Assembly: GCF_004010195.1 (NCBI RefSeq)
Contig: NC_057720.1
Coordinates: forward strand, 28,160,821 to 28,224,820
Direction of reading: 5' to 3'
Length of the DNA stretch: 64,000 nt
Source of the DNA: Chiloscyllium plagiosum
Lineage: Eukaryota
Shown here: in pieces, positions 11,089-23,158 of the stretch
Position numbering within the stretch: the first letter of the stretch is position 1
Layout: each line of letters begins with the position of its first letter
Made by a program: the position numbers and the translations under genes
The notes under the pieces: generated by a model
The model's input: only the letters and a program-made list of their open reading frames with translations
Database searches by the model: none
Told to the model about the DNA's origin: nothing

Positions 11089-12311
11089 ACCCCTTGATAT
11101 TCAATGGTGCTACCATCACTGAATTCCCCACTATCAACATCCTTGTGGTTACCATTGACTAGAACTGAACTGGACTTGACATTGTAAATCAGAGGCTAGA
11201 AATAATGCAGCGAGTAACTCACCGCCTGACTCCCCAAAGCCTGCCTACTATCTGTAAGGCACAAGTGTAGTGGAATACTCACAACTTGCCTGAATGGTTG
11301 CAGCTCCAACAACGCTCAAGAAGCTTGGCACCAACCAAGACGCAGCAGTCTGCTTAATTGGCACCACGTCCACAGCACTCCCTCCACTACTGCTGCTCAG
11401 GAGCAGCTGTGTGCACTATCTACATGATGTACTGCAAAAATTCACCAAATATCCTTAGAGAGCACCTTTCAAACCCATGACTGTTTCCATCTTGAAGGAT
11501 AAGGGCAGCAGATATATGGGAACACGACCACCTGAAATTTGCTTCCAAGCCACTCATTATCCTGATTTGGAACTATATCGCTATTCCTTCACTGTCACTG
11601 TGTCAAACTCCTGGAATTTCCTCCCTAAGGGCACTGTGGGCCAACATCCAGCTTGTGGACTGCAATGGTTCAAGAAGGCAGCTCAGCCCCAGTTTATCAA
11701 GAAATGCTGGTATTGTCCATGTCTGGCAAGTGAATTTAAAAAATGTAAACGTGCAAGCCAGGTGGTAATTTTCAATTTCTGTATCATCTGACACTGTGAT
11801 TCTGCTCAACAATTGTCCTAATTTGGGCTCAGGATTGGGATTATTAGATAGTATCGGTATTGACTTTAGTCACAATGGTACTGTTGGTTTGGAGACTTTC
11901 TACAGTAATTCTAGTTTTGCTCTGACAATGAAAAGCCAGCCTGGCAATTATGTGGGAAGTAACCTTTCCCTGGGCTGGCATTTGGCTATTTTAAGTTGTT
12001 AGCAATTGAGAGTGAGCTGACTTCTGAGTTAGAAACCTTTGGGTTTAACATCTACACTGGGACTCAAACTGTTAACTGTCACATTTCTCCAGAAAAAGAT
12101 AACGGGGTCACCTTTCTTTCTTCAACTAATGTTACCGAGAGATTCAACTAAGCATTTAATGCTATGGTACACAAAACATTGTACCCACATAATAATTATT
12201 ATTGCACTTTAGTGCAGTGCTTTGAATCATTTCTTGGGAACTTCTAATGTACTTGATAAGTGGGAACATTTTTTTATTGGAATCTTCATAGTGGAACTTA
12301 TTTATCAGACA

Positions 12312-12842
12312 CAGGTTGTTCTGCTGTAATGCACGTTTCAGCGCGAATTGGCTATAATTAGATTAGATTACTTACAGTGTGGAAACAGGCCCTTCGGCCC
12401 AACAAGTCCACACCGCCCCGCCGAAGCGCAACCCACCCATACCCCTACATTTACCCCTTACCTAACACTAGGGGCAATTTAGCATGGCCAGTTCACCTGA
12501 CCTGCACATCTTTGGACTGTGGGAGGAAACCGGAGCACCCGGAGGAAACCCACGCAGACACAGGGAGAACGTGCAAACTCCACACAGTCAGTCGCATGAG
12601 GCGGGAATTGAACCCAGGTCTCTGGCGCTGTGAGGCAGCAGTGCTAACCACTGTGCCACCGTGCCGCCCACGATAATGCGATTGACGAATTGTGCATGTT
12701 GTTTGGATAATGCAAACATTCTGCTAAATGGGTATAGTGATCTCCTACAACATGATTTTCTGTAGAGCTTTTCCATAGCATGATTTTCTGTAGTACGAGG
12801 CTGCAGAGGAACACAACTGTCGCATTATAGCAGAATGACCTG
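12312..12842 (+). mobile_element. pogo/Tigger-like MITE split by an HE1 SINE
   Basis: Imperfect TIRs CAGGTTGTTCTGCTGTAATGC / GCATTATAGCAGAATGACCTG followed by TA. A related copy lies at 48400-48618. Confidence 0.75.
12359..12670 (-). mobile_element. Full-length HE1-like SINE
   Basis: Head, V-domain and (AATCT)n tail are all present, and many CpGs are retained. Possible ATAAT TSD at 12354-12358 and 12673-12677. Confidence 0.9.
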
Positions 12843-13974
12843 TAGTTAATTTCATGTCAGAATGGCCTAATAGTCTCCACACTTCAGCACCCACCAAATC
12901 CCAGATATATTTGCCACTGCCAGGGATATCAGTGCATTCGAGTTTTATTCCAGTTTTTATTTAATTTGCACATGTATATGAAGTTGAAAAATCCCTCTTT
13001 TCCATCCATTTATTAACATTTTATTGCCCTATTTCTTACATACCGCTACTGTATTATATATTTAAGTCTTTTGTGCATACAAACCTCTTATGTTCTTGTT
13101 CATAGTTCGTATTGTGTTACATGCAACAGTTTAAAGTAAACCTCAAGTGAGACTTGCCATCTGATTGAATCGCAATCAACTGTACTTCAAAAAACTAATC
13201 GGTACATAGCCTCTGAAGTGTGGATACACACACCGAAGAATAGGTACTAACATATCTGGCTCTACAAGCTTCTCTAGTGTCTGTCCCGAGGCAATGGAAA
13301 GAATAGCTGTTCTGACCTGCGATCTGTTCAGTATTTGAAATAATTGCAGCCTACTCTTTCACATATGTATTCTCCAGTTTCTTCACTAGCATGTTGGACA
13401 ATGAGAATTCAGACTCTAAAGAAAGTTTGTTCAACAGACCATTGTGTGAGATTTATTATTCACCGAGTGATTGGATGCCCAAGGCATAAGTAGATTTTCT
13501 GTATAGATTGAAAGGACAATACATATTATCAAATCAACAGCGTTTGTGGCTTTCACCGGGTGGAAAATAGGGGGAAGGTGAATTAACAAACCTGACAGAT
13601 TTTGCTGTGGGAAGTTGGCTGCATTAACTTTATGAAATGATTAGCAGTTCTATGATTCAAGTTGATTCTTATGACTAATGTTTAAGCAAAGGAAAAATGG
13701 GCAAGGTGGAATAAGTTCAGTACATTTGAAAATCACACTGCTGTGTTGAAGCAGTTGAGCATTTAATGAACTTTTTAAATGTTTATGCGTGATTAGAAAA
13801 AGTGAAGTTGAAAGTAGTTGGTAATATTGATGTTGCTGATATTTGGGATTCATGTTGCTATAATTCTGCTTAATAACCTTGGTTTTATCTTGAGATTTAC
13901 AGTGCTGTAGGCATATTCAAAATTGCTAAACAATATGTCACAAATGCATTGCAGTCTGTGCGTAGATGAGGCAT

Positions 13975-14240
13975 GCATATAAGTTCCAGCTTGAATCCCT
14001 AGTTTGTGCTGAATTAACTGATCTCTGTGCTTGTAAATTAGTAAAGAAAAATTGACTAAGATTCCCATGCTTTGACCATTAACCTATGATCTGTTTGAAA
14101 TCTTATGCTTGGACGTAATGTGAAAACAGCATTAGATATAGCTCTTGCTGCTGTCAAAAATGTCTATGTGGCAAATAGGTAAACTACTGGTGAGTTCATA
14201 GCGCCTGCTTGGCATCATATCCTGGCAAAGAGGAAATGAA
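13975..14240 (+). mobile_element. Ancient SINE relic resembling AmnSINE2
   Basis: TTGAATCCCTAGTTTGTGCTGAATTAACTGATCTC and TGGACGT…GTGAAAACAGCAT resemble the AmnSINE2 consensus as I recall it. Confidence 0.45.
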
Positions 14241-14269
14241 GGAACAACATTAGTAGGAATTACAGGGTG

Positions 14270-14680
14270 GAACAGGGCAAAAACTGATCTGTGAGGCTTA
14301 TTGAAAAATATGCGGTTCTTTAGGATGTCTGACGACGTGGATGTGGAAAAGTTGCTTTCCCTTTGTGGGAAAGTCTAAGATTAGAGGGTATCATCTCAGT
14401 AGAGAGTCACCCCCTTAAGAAAGAGATAAAGAGTAACTTCTTCTCCAGACTGGCGAATCTGTAGAGTTCCTTATTGCAGAGGATTGTCAAGGCTGGGTTA
14501 TTAAGTATACCCAAGGCTGAAATAGATTTTTTAATCAATAAAGGAATCAAGGGTTATGGGATAATCCCGGAATGTAGAGGTGAGGATTAGCAGATCAGCC
14601 AGATTTCATTGAATGGCAGAGCAGACTTGATGGGCTGAATGACTTACATCTGCTTCTACATTTTACAGTCTTATGGCTTT
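14270..14680 (+). mobile_element. Old CR1-like LINE 3' end
   Basis: Typical CR1 3' text (…GGAATCAAGGGTTATGGG…GATCAGCCA…TTGAATGGCAGAGCAGACTTGATGGGCTGAATG…). Confidence 0.75.
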
Positions 14681-15014
14681 GACGTCTGTAAAATTATGAA
14701 TAAATGAATGTTGTATTGAAAGAAAATCTCAGATAGTAGCACTCTTTCCCAAATGGCACACATGACTCTTTCCAACATCTTAAAAGCATTAAGGTCCACT
14801 GATGGATTAGTTTATGGTCTAGCAAGTTTACCTGAAACAGGCAGAACTCAGTTACAGACAAGACAAGCTGATTGGGGGTGCAAAAAATGACACTGGCTCG
14901 ATTATACAGCTCAAGAGGAAAAATATTGCTACAAACCTAATCTACTGCACAATATTTTTGCATAAACTGCTATTTTAGTATAAAATTCTCTGATTCAGTA
15001 ACACTGATGAAGTC

Positions 15015-15340
15015 CCTAAAGTATAGAAGGAAAGTAGAAATGAACTTAAACAAGGAGTTAGAAGGGCTAAAGGGGGTCATGAAAAGACCTTAGCAAACAG
15101 GATTAAGGAGAATCCAAAGGCTTTTTATGCATATATGTAAAGCAAGAGGGTTGTCAAGGAAAGGGTTGGCCCACTCCAGGACAAAGGGGGAATCCATGTG
15201 GAGCCAGACGAGGTAGGTGAAGTTCGAAATGAATACTTTGTTTAGGTATTCACCAAAGAGAAGGAATTGGCAGAGGATGATAACAGGGAAGGGAGTGTCG
15301 AGTTTCTCAGCCAAGTTGATATTAAAAAGGAAGAGGTATT
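15015..15340 (+). mobile_element. CR1-like LINE ORF2 fragment
   Basis: RIKENPKAF…KSKRVV…RVGPLQD-like segment between the endonuclease and RT. Confidence 0.75.
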
Positions 15341-17325
15341 AGAACATAGAACATTACAGTGCAGTACAGGCCCTTTGGCTCTCAATGTTGCGCCGACCTG
15401 TGGAACCAATCTGAAGCTACATTATTCCATTTTTATCCATGTGTTTATCCAATAACCATTTAAAGTTGGTGAGTCTACCACTGTTTCAGGCAGTGCGTTC
15501 TACGCCCCGACTACTTTTTGAGTAAAGAAACTACGTCTGACATCTGTTCTATATCATCACCCCTCAATTTAAAGCTATATCTCCTTGTGCTAGCATCACC
15601 ATCCGAGGAAAAAGGCTCTCACTGTCCACCCTATCAAAACCTCTGATTATCTTTTTTGTCTTAATTAAGTCATCTCAACCTTCTTCTCTCAAACAAAAAC
15701 AGCCTTAAGTCCCTCAGAAGACCTTCCCTCCATATCAGGCAACATCCTAGTAAATCTCCTGTGAACCCTGTACAAAGTTTCTGCATCCTTCCTATAATGT
15801 GGTAACCAGAACTGTACACAATACTCCAAGTGTGGCCACACCAGAGTTTAGTACAGCTGCAGCTTGACCTTGTGGCTCCAAACCTCAATCCCTCTACCAA
15901 TGAAAGCTAACACACCGTATGTCTTCTTAACAACCCTATCAACCTGGGTGGCAACTCTCGGGGATCTATGCACATGGACACCGAGATCTCGCTGCTCATT
16001 TACACTACCAAGAATCTTACCATTAGCCGAGTACTCTTTGTTCCATTTGCTCCTTCCAAAGTGAATTACCTCACACTTTTCCACATTAAACTCCATTTGC
16101 CACCTCTCAGTCCAGCTCCGCAGCTTATCTATGCCCATCTGTAACCTGCAACATCCTTCGACATTAACCACAACTCCACCGACCTTCGTGTCATCTGCAA
16201 ATTTACTAACCATCCTTCTACACCCTCATCCAGAAAACTTATAAACATGACAAACAGTAGTGGCCCCAGAACAGATCCTTGCGGTGCACTATTAGTAGTT
16301 TAACTCCAGATGAAGATTTCCCATCAACTAGCACCCTCTCTCTTCTTTCAGCTAGCCAATTTCTGATCCACAATCGCCCACAATACCATGCCATTGTATT
16401 TTGTGCAATAGCCTACCATGGGGAACCTTGTTAAACACCTTACTGAAATCCATATACACCACATCAATCGGTTTACCTTCAACCATCTGTTTGGTCACCT
16501 TTTCAAAGAACTCAATAACGTTTGTGAGGCATGACCTACCCTTCACAAAATCGTGTTGACTATCCCTAATCAACTTCTTCCTCTCCAGATGATTATAAAT
16601 GTTATCTCTTATAACCTTTACCAACATTTTACCCACAACCAAAGTAAGGCTCACTGGTGTATAATTACCAGGGTTGTCTCTACTCCCCTTCTTGAACAAG
16701 GGGGAGCAGCATTTGCTATCTTTCAGTCTCCAGACAATGACAGCATAAAGATCAATGCCAAAAGGCTCAGTAATCTCCTTCCTGACTTACCAGAAAATCC
16801 TAGGATAAATTCCATTTGGCCCAGGGGACTTATCTGTTTTCACACTTTCCAGAATTGCTTACACCTCCTCCTTGTGAACCTCACTCGCATCTAGTCTAGT
16901 AGCCTGTATCTTGATATTCTGCTCGGCAACACTGTCTCTTTCCAACATGAATACTGGTGAAAAATGTTCACTTAGCGCTTCCTGAATCTCCATGGACTCC
17001 ACACACGACTTCCCTCTGTTATCCTTGATTGGCCCTTATCTTTCTCTTGTCATTATTTTATTCCTCATATAACTATAGAAAGCCTTTGGGGTTTCCTTTA
17101 TCCTAAATGCCAATGACTTTTCATGTCCCCTCCTGGCTCTTCTTAGCTCTCTCTTGGCTAACCTATAACTCTCAGGTGCCCCAACTGAACCTTCACGTTT
17201 CATCTTAACCTAAGCCTTCTTCTTCCTCTTGACAAGAGATTCTTTCGTAAACCATGGCTCCCTCGCTTGTCCATTTCCTCCCTGCCTGGCAGGTACATAC
17301 TTATCAAGGTCACGCAGTCGCTGTT
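15341..17325 (-). mobile_element. CR1/HER1-like LINE, about 2 kb of ORF2 + tail
   Basis: FKKGSRDNPGNYTPVSLT, SQHDFVKGRSCLTN, SKFADDTKVGG, WQMEFNVEKCEVIHFG; AGAACATAGAACA tail. Confidence 0.9.
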
Positions 17326-17330
17326 CCTTC

Positions 17331-17450
17331 AGGGCTTATGCCCGAAATGTCAGTTCTTCTGTTCCTCGAATGCTGCCTGACTGGCTGTGCTTTTCCAGCA
17401 CCACACTCTTTGACTTGATCTCCAGCATCTGCAGTCCTCACTTTCTCCTC
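17331..17450 (+). mobile_element. PLE terminal-repeat fragment with tail; hammerhead truncated at its 5' side
   Basis: AGGGCTTATGCCCGAAATGTC…CTCCAGCATCTGCAGTCCTCACTTTCTCCTC. Confidence 0.8.
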
Positions 17451-17451
17451 A

Positions 17452-18055
17452 TTTGGTATGCTTGCCTTTGTTGGTCAGTACATTGAGTACAGGAGTTGGG
17501 AGATGATGTTGCATCTGTACAGGACATTGGTTCGGTCACTTTTGGAATACTGCATTCAGTTCTAGTCTCCCTGCTATAGCAAGGATGTTGTGAAACTTGA
17601 AAGGGTTCAGAAAAGATTTACAAGGATGATGCCAGGGGGTTGGAGGATTTGAGCTATAGGGAGAGGCTGAATAGGCTGGGGCTTTTTTCCCGAGAGGGTA
17701 AGAGGCTGAGGGGTTGACCTTATTGAAGTTTATAAAATCATGAGGGGCATGGGTAGGGTAAATAGCCAAGGTATTTTTCCCTGGGTAGCAGGGACCAAAA
17801 TTAGAGGGCATAGGTTTAAAGTAAGAGGGAAAAGATCTAAAAGGGACCTAAGAGACAACGTTTTCAAACGCGTGGGTGGGGAGAAAGTGGTCGAGGTTGG
17901 TACACTTACAACATTTAAAAGGCATTTGGATGGGTATATGAATAGGAACGTTTTCAAAGGCTATGGGCCAAATCCTGGCAAATGGGACTAGATTAATTTA
18001 AGATACCTGGTCGGCATGGATGAGTTGGACTGAAGGGTCTGTTTCCATGCCGTAA
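17452..18055 (+). mobile_element. CR1-like LINE 3' end
   Basis: LYRTLVRSLLEYCIQF, LERVQKRFTRM, MRGMGRVNSQGIFP. Confidence 0.85.
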
Positions 18056-18538
18056 TTTTTTTGTTGATCCAGACAGGGTAGATGCAGAGGGGTTGTTTCT
18101 TCTTTTGGGAGAATCTAGGACCAGAGGGCATAGTCTCAAAGTCAGGTGTCACCAATAAGGCCATAAGAAATAGGAACAGGCCAGGCCATTCAGCCCCTTG
18201 AATCTGCTATGCCATTCAATAGGACCATGACTGATCCACCATTCCTAATGTATACCTGCTGCCATTTTCCAATAATCTTTGATTCTCCTGCTGATGAAAA
18301 ATCCATCTAGTTCAGATTTAAATATTCACAATGACTCCAATCCCACAGCTCTCTGTAGCAAGGAGATCCAAAGACACTCAACCCTCTGAGTGAAGAAGTT
18401 CCTTCCCATCTTCATCAAATTGGCACTCTTTATTTCTGAGTAAAAACAATGACTCCAGATGCTGGAATCCAGATTCTGGATTAGAGTGGTACTGGAAAAG
18501 CGCAGCAGTTCAGGCAGCATCCAAGGAGCAGGAAAATC

Positions 18539-18566
18539 GACGTTTCGGGCAAAAGCCCATCATCAG
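18539..18566 (-). ncRNA. Minimal hammerhead ribozyme motif
   Basis: Reverse strand CTGATGA-T-GGGC-TTTT-GCCC-GAAA-CG-TC. Confidence 0.7.
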
Positions 18567-20021
18567 GAACACAGGCAGAGTACCTGAAGGGTGGAGAGAT
18601 AAATGAGAGGAGGGTGGGGGTCGGGAGAAAGTAGCATAGAGTACAATAGGTGAGTGGGGGAGGGGATGAAGGTGATAGGTCAGGGAGGAGAGGGTGGAGT
18701 GGATAGGTGGAAGAGCACCTGGTGGGGAGTGGTGTCGGCTACATTGATGACTGCATTGGCGCCACCTCGTGCTCCCGCGAGGGGTTTGAGCAATTCATCA
18801 ACTTCACCAACACATTCCACCCTGACCTTAAATTTACCTGGACCATCTCTGACCCCTCCCTCCCCTTCCTGGACCTCTCCATCTCCATTAATGATGACCG
18901 ACTTGACACCGACATTTTTAACAAGCCCACCGACTACCACAGCTACCTGGATTACACCTCTTCCCACTCTACCTCCTGCAAAAATGCCATCCCGTATTTC
19001 CAATTCCTCCGCCTCCGCCATATCTGCTCCCAGGAGGACCAGTTCCGCCACAGAACACACCAGATGGCCTCCTTCTTTAGAGATGGCAATTTCCCTTTCA
19101 ACGTGGTCAAAGATGCTCTCCAATGCATCTCGTCCACATTCCGCACCTCCGCCCTCAGACCCTACCCTCCAACCATAACAAGGACAGAACCCCCCTGGTG
19201 CTCACTTGCCACCCTGCCAACCTTCACATAAACCAAATCATCTGCCGACAATTCTGCCACCTCCAAACGGACCCCATCACCAGGGATATATTTCCCTCCC
19301 CACCCCTTTCCGCCTTCCACAAAGACCGTTCCCTCCGTGACTGTCTGGTCAGGTCCACGCCCCCCTACAACCCGCCCGCCTGTCCTGGCACCTTCCCCTG
19401 CCACCGCAGGAATTGCAAAACCTGTGCCCACACCTCCTTCCTCACTTCCATCCAAGGCCCCAAAGGAGCCTTCCACGTCTATCAAAGTTTTACCTGCACA
19501 TCCACCAATATCATTTATTGTATCCATTACTCCCAATCCGGTCACCTCTACATTGGGGAGACTGGATGCCTCCTAGCAGAGCGCTTTAGGGAACATCTCT
19601 GGGACACCCGCACCAATCCACCACACCGCTCTGTGGCCCAACATTTCAACTCCCCCTCCCACTCTGCCGAGGACATGGAGGTCCTGGGCCTCCTTCACTG
19701 CCACTCCCTCACCACCCGACGCCTGGAGGAAGAACGCCTCATCTTCTGCCTTGGAACACTTCAACCCCAGGGCATCAATGTGGACTTCACCAGTTTTCTT
19801 ATTTCCCCTTCTCCCACCTCACCCCAGTTCCAAATTTCCAGCTCAGCACTGTCCCCATGACTTGTCCTACCTGCCTATCTTCCTTTCCACGTATCCACTC
19901 CACCCTCCTCTCTGACCTATCACCTTCATCCCCACCCCCATTCACTTATTGTACTCTATGCTATTTTTCCCCACCCCCACTCTCCTCTCATTTGTCTCTC
20001 CACCCTTCAGGCACTGTATTC

Positions 20022-20049
20022 CTGATGAAGGGCTTTTGCCCAAAACGTC
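20022..20049 (+). ncRNA. Hammerhead motif, probably inactive (catalytic GAAA changed to AAAA)
   Basis: CTGATGA-A-GGGC-TTTT-GCCC-AAAA-CG-TC. Confidence 0.55.
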
Positions 20050-20459
20050 GATTTTCCTGCTCCTCGGATGCTACCTGAACTGCTGTGCTTTTCCAGCACC
20101 ACTCTAATCCAGACTCTTTATTTCTGAGACAATACAGTCTGATCCGCGACTCGTCCATGAGGGGAAACATTTTCTCAACATTTACCCTGTCATGTTTCTT
20201 AAGAATCCTGTATGTTTTACTGAGATCACCTCTCATTCTTCTAAATTCCAATGAGTCGAGACATTGCATTCCAAATCTTAACACAGGCTGCTTGAAAAAG
20301 TTTTCTGCGTGTTGCAATTGCTTCATTTGCCAGTTATCGTAATTTTGCATTTTCTTTAAAACATGAAGGCTTGAACCCTCAATTTGGCCTACAGTTTACA
20401 TTGAAGGAGCCATTCCTTTTTGGTTTTCATCACAGTTTACTGACCTCTGAGAGTCTTGG

Positions 20460-20960
20460 ATCTAGAACCCCTGTTTAACCCTCCATACTGAATTGAATTG
20501 AATTTATTGTCACGTGTACCGAAGCACAGTGAAAAGCTTTGGGTTTTGACAGTGGAAAAACCAGGGATCATCCTAATGAATCTTCTGCGGACTTTCTGCA
20601 ATGAAATATCCTTCCTTAAATCAGGAGACCAAAGCTGCTTACAGTACTCTGGATGTGTCTCACCAGTGCCTTGTACAGTGCAGTAAGACTTCCCTACTCT
20701 TGCATTCCAACCCCCTTGAGATAAGGTCAAGCATTCCATTAGCCTTCCTAATTACTTATCTGCCTTTAGCTCTGTTAGAGAAGTAGTATTTGACAAACAA
20801 GTGTTGGCACTTAATTCCTTAATTCCTTCCATCTTTAGTATTAATGGGATGTTTGAGGTATCTTCCACTGTAAAGAATATTCCAAAGTTTCTGTTTCACT
20901 CATCTGCCACTTCCTTGCTCCCATATTCATTTTCTAACGCGTCTGTTTGTTTGCTTTGAC
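20460..20960 (-). mobile_element. Old CR1-like fragments with a short Rex1/Babar-type tail inserted at about 20489-20541
   Basis: HPEYCKQLWSPDLRKD. The insert (GAATT)3-TATTGTCACGTGTACC matches the tail at 31985-32035. Confidence 0.65.
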
Positions 20961-20964
20961 CTTT

Positions 20965-21256
20965 TTTTATATAGTGGGGGGAGTGGAGAGAGGACACGCC
21001 AGTAGGACTATCTATTCTTTCCAGCTTGGCAGTTAAGACACACCATTGTTTTGCCATTCTCTCATTCCAATCACTTAATCTGCACTATTAGCAGCCTCTC
21101 TCCCCCAGCATTCCACCACCCCATTATTGCATAAATACTGCACCCTCCCCTCTTGAAGTCACCTCTAATGGCGAGTTATGTAGACTCAACGTTAGCTTGC
21201 TGTCTCTGCATGGATGCTGCCTGACTTGCTGTAATTTTCAACATTTTTTGTTTTCA
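20965..21256 (+). mobile_element. PLE-like terminal repeat of another family, with decayed hammerhead (about 21163-21193)
   Basis: …GAGTTATGTAGACTCAACGTT…GGATGCTGCCTGACTTGCTG… has the same layout as the other pLTRs, with a short inverted piece at its 5' side. Confidence 0.55.
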
Positions 21257-21257
21257 C

Positions 21258-21510
21258 TCCCTCTAAACCGTTCCTCTTCATGTACCCATCCAGATGCCTT
21301 TTAAATGCCATAATTGTACTCATCTCCACCTCTTCCACTGGCAGCTTGTTCCATACATGCACCACTCTCTGCGTGATAAAATTGCCCTTTAGGTCCCTTT
21401 CAAATCTTTCCCCTCTTACCTTAAACCTATGCCCTCTAATTTTGGATTCCCCCTACCCTGGGAAAAAGACCTTGGCTATTCACTCTATCCATCATGATTT
21501 TATAAAGCTC
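21258..21510 (-). mobile_element. CR1-like 3' fragment
   Basis: Matches the CR1 copy at 55253-55975. Confidence 0.8.
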
Positions 21511-23158
21511 TAAGAAAATTGCATTGTGCCAAACTGTCATATTGTGAAACGATTCAAATACCCTTCTACCAGGACACAGTGTATAGATCTATTAAGACAA
21601 AGCCACATTCAATCTCTGTTGTTATTCTTACGAATATGTTGCAGCAGGCTTAAATAATCTTGACATTATAAAAATAATTTTACTTGATTCAATGCAAATT
21701 TTTGGAAAAAAGTATAATTATCATGATTTTTGTTTCATTTGTATGTAGAATGTTTTTAGTATTGAGCAATGTCTTAGTGCATCACTCCACAGAGTTTGTT
21801 TTGTAGTTCTTATGTTTTAACTTGTCTGGTAGGTAACTCTTCAGGAAGAAAAAGAGGGATTGAGCTTCTCCTGTTCATCTCTTGGCATTAACTAAAATAG
21901 TAGCAATAAGATCCAAAAATATTCCATGAATGCAATCTCATGGCACCCGAATAAATACAGAGTACAATTAGATCACAAAGGATGATTGATTTGGAGTGTT
22001 TGCTGGATATGGTGGTGAAGAATTGTAGAATTTAAATAATAAATTTGTTAGTAACTACTTCATACTGAACTTTTCAAAGATAAAACAATCTCTTTAACAG
22101 AAATTGTATTGAAGCTCTGACCATTAAGTTTCAACTGCAATGTGTAAGAGATGTGATTTTTTTCAGAATCAGCCCCAGATTAAGCACCCTTTTTCAAATC
22201 GATTTCCATCCCTGTAATGATATTCCCTAAGGAGCTACATCCAATGAAAGATAAGGCTCCCTAATAATAAAGTTCACCTTTGTTATTTGTGTTTTGAATT
22301 GTTTGTCCCAATGGTATAGTTGGCAAAATCTGGATCAATTTCGTTCTTAATCTTGCAAGTAAAAAGTATTTTCTTATTTCTCAGCAACTGTTATAACTGT
22401 GGATAGTTTTATTCTTGAAGTTGAATTATGAGAATATTGATTAGCATAATTCTATTTTTTAGTAATATTTAAGGAAGGCTCTTTAGTCATCCTTCTGTAT
22501 CCTACAAATGTTGACATTTTTAAAACTCGAGTTGAATTGCTGTAAAGGTTTCTGTGGGAATGGAAAGTATTCTCAGCAAAAGTGTATGCTAATAAATCAC
22601 GATGGCAAAGTCATCAACCGCATACAGTATTTTAGAAGTTAGATAACAACCTCAGATTATCCACTCCCGTCGTACAGACTGAGTAATGGTGACATATGAT
22701 GTCTGGAGAATTTGAAAGAGTCTTTGCTTTCATTTTTTTAGCTCACTGGATGATTTATTTCTGTATCCCTCTCTAGTTTTATGATTCATCAAAATTGGGA
22801 GCTGTAGATTATAACATTAAGTTGCCTGCATGGCGTTGAAAGATAGGGGCCTGAACCCCAAGGAAATTTCTCCCAGTGAAAGCATAATAATAGCAGACAA
22901 GTCAGTTCTCTTCTTTTTATGTAAATTGGAAAGAACGATATGTGTAAACTTGCATCTGTAAAGCACTTTTCAGGATTTCCAATGCCCCTGTCAATCTTCT
23001 GTAAGTAGGCAAGGTTGACAGACAACTTGTATTATAGCAAAATCTTACAAATAACAAAGAGATCGATGACTGGCATTATTACTGACGTTGGAGGAGTGTA
23101 CTTTCTATTTCTAGTCCTATCACTCCACTGGTCACAGTATATATTTAATTTTTTTCAC

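Larger units (their letters stand above)
9130..11745 (+). mobile_element. CR1/Zenon-like LINE, decayed (endonuclease, RT, 3' end)
   Basis: QDRPIEVVA/RGGGT-like endonuclease segment, EPMRGKNILNLI, VPQASV…FINDLP and F(I)DD RT motifs, 3' end …TTCAAGAAGGCAGCTCA…. Interrupted by a SINE and a solo LTR. Confidence 0.75.
18441..20112 (+). mobile_element. 5'-truncated Penelope-like element with inverted upstream pLTR and 16-bp TSD
   Basis: RT end (YIDDC, LPFLDL, KPTDYHSYL), then CHRRNCKTC and GIY-YIG-like IIYCIH…LYIGETG…RFREH. 18476-18714 is the inverted copy of about 19880-20113. TSD ACTCTTTATTTCTGAG at 18425-18440 and 20113-20128. Confidence 0.92.
18160..20260 (-). mobile_element. CR1-like 3' end (18160-18440 and 20129-20260), host of the PLE insertion
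   Basis: MGRNFFTQRVECLW and EFRRMRGDL segments are colinear once the PLE is removed. Confidence 0.75.

Noticed and set aside
18707..19860. 174-aa and 245-aa ORFs as a cellular nuclease or RT gene
   Set aside because: They are frameshifted halves of a 5'-truncated PLE ORF lying between TSDs.
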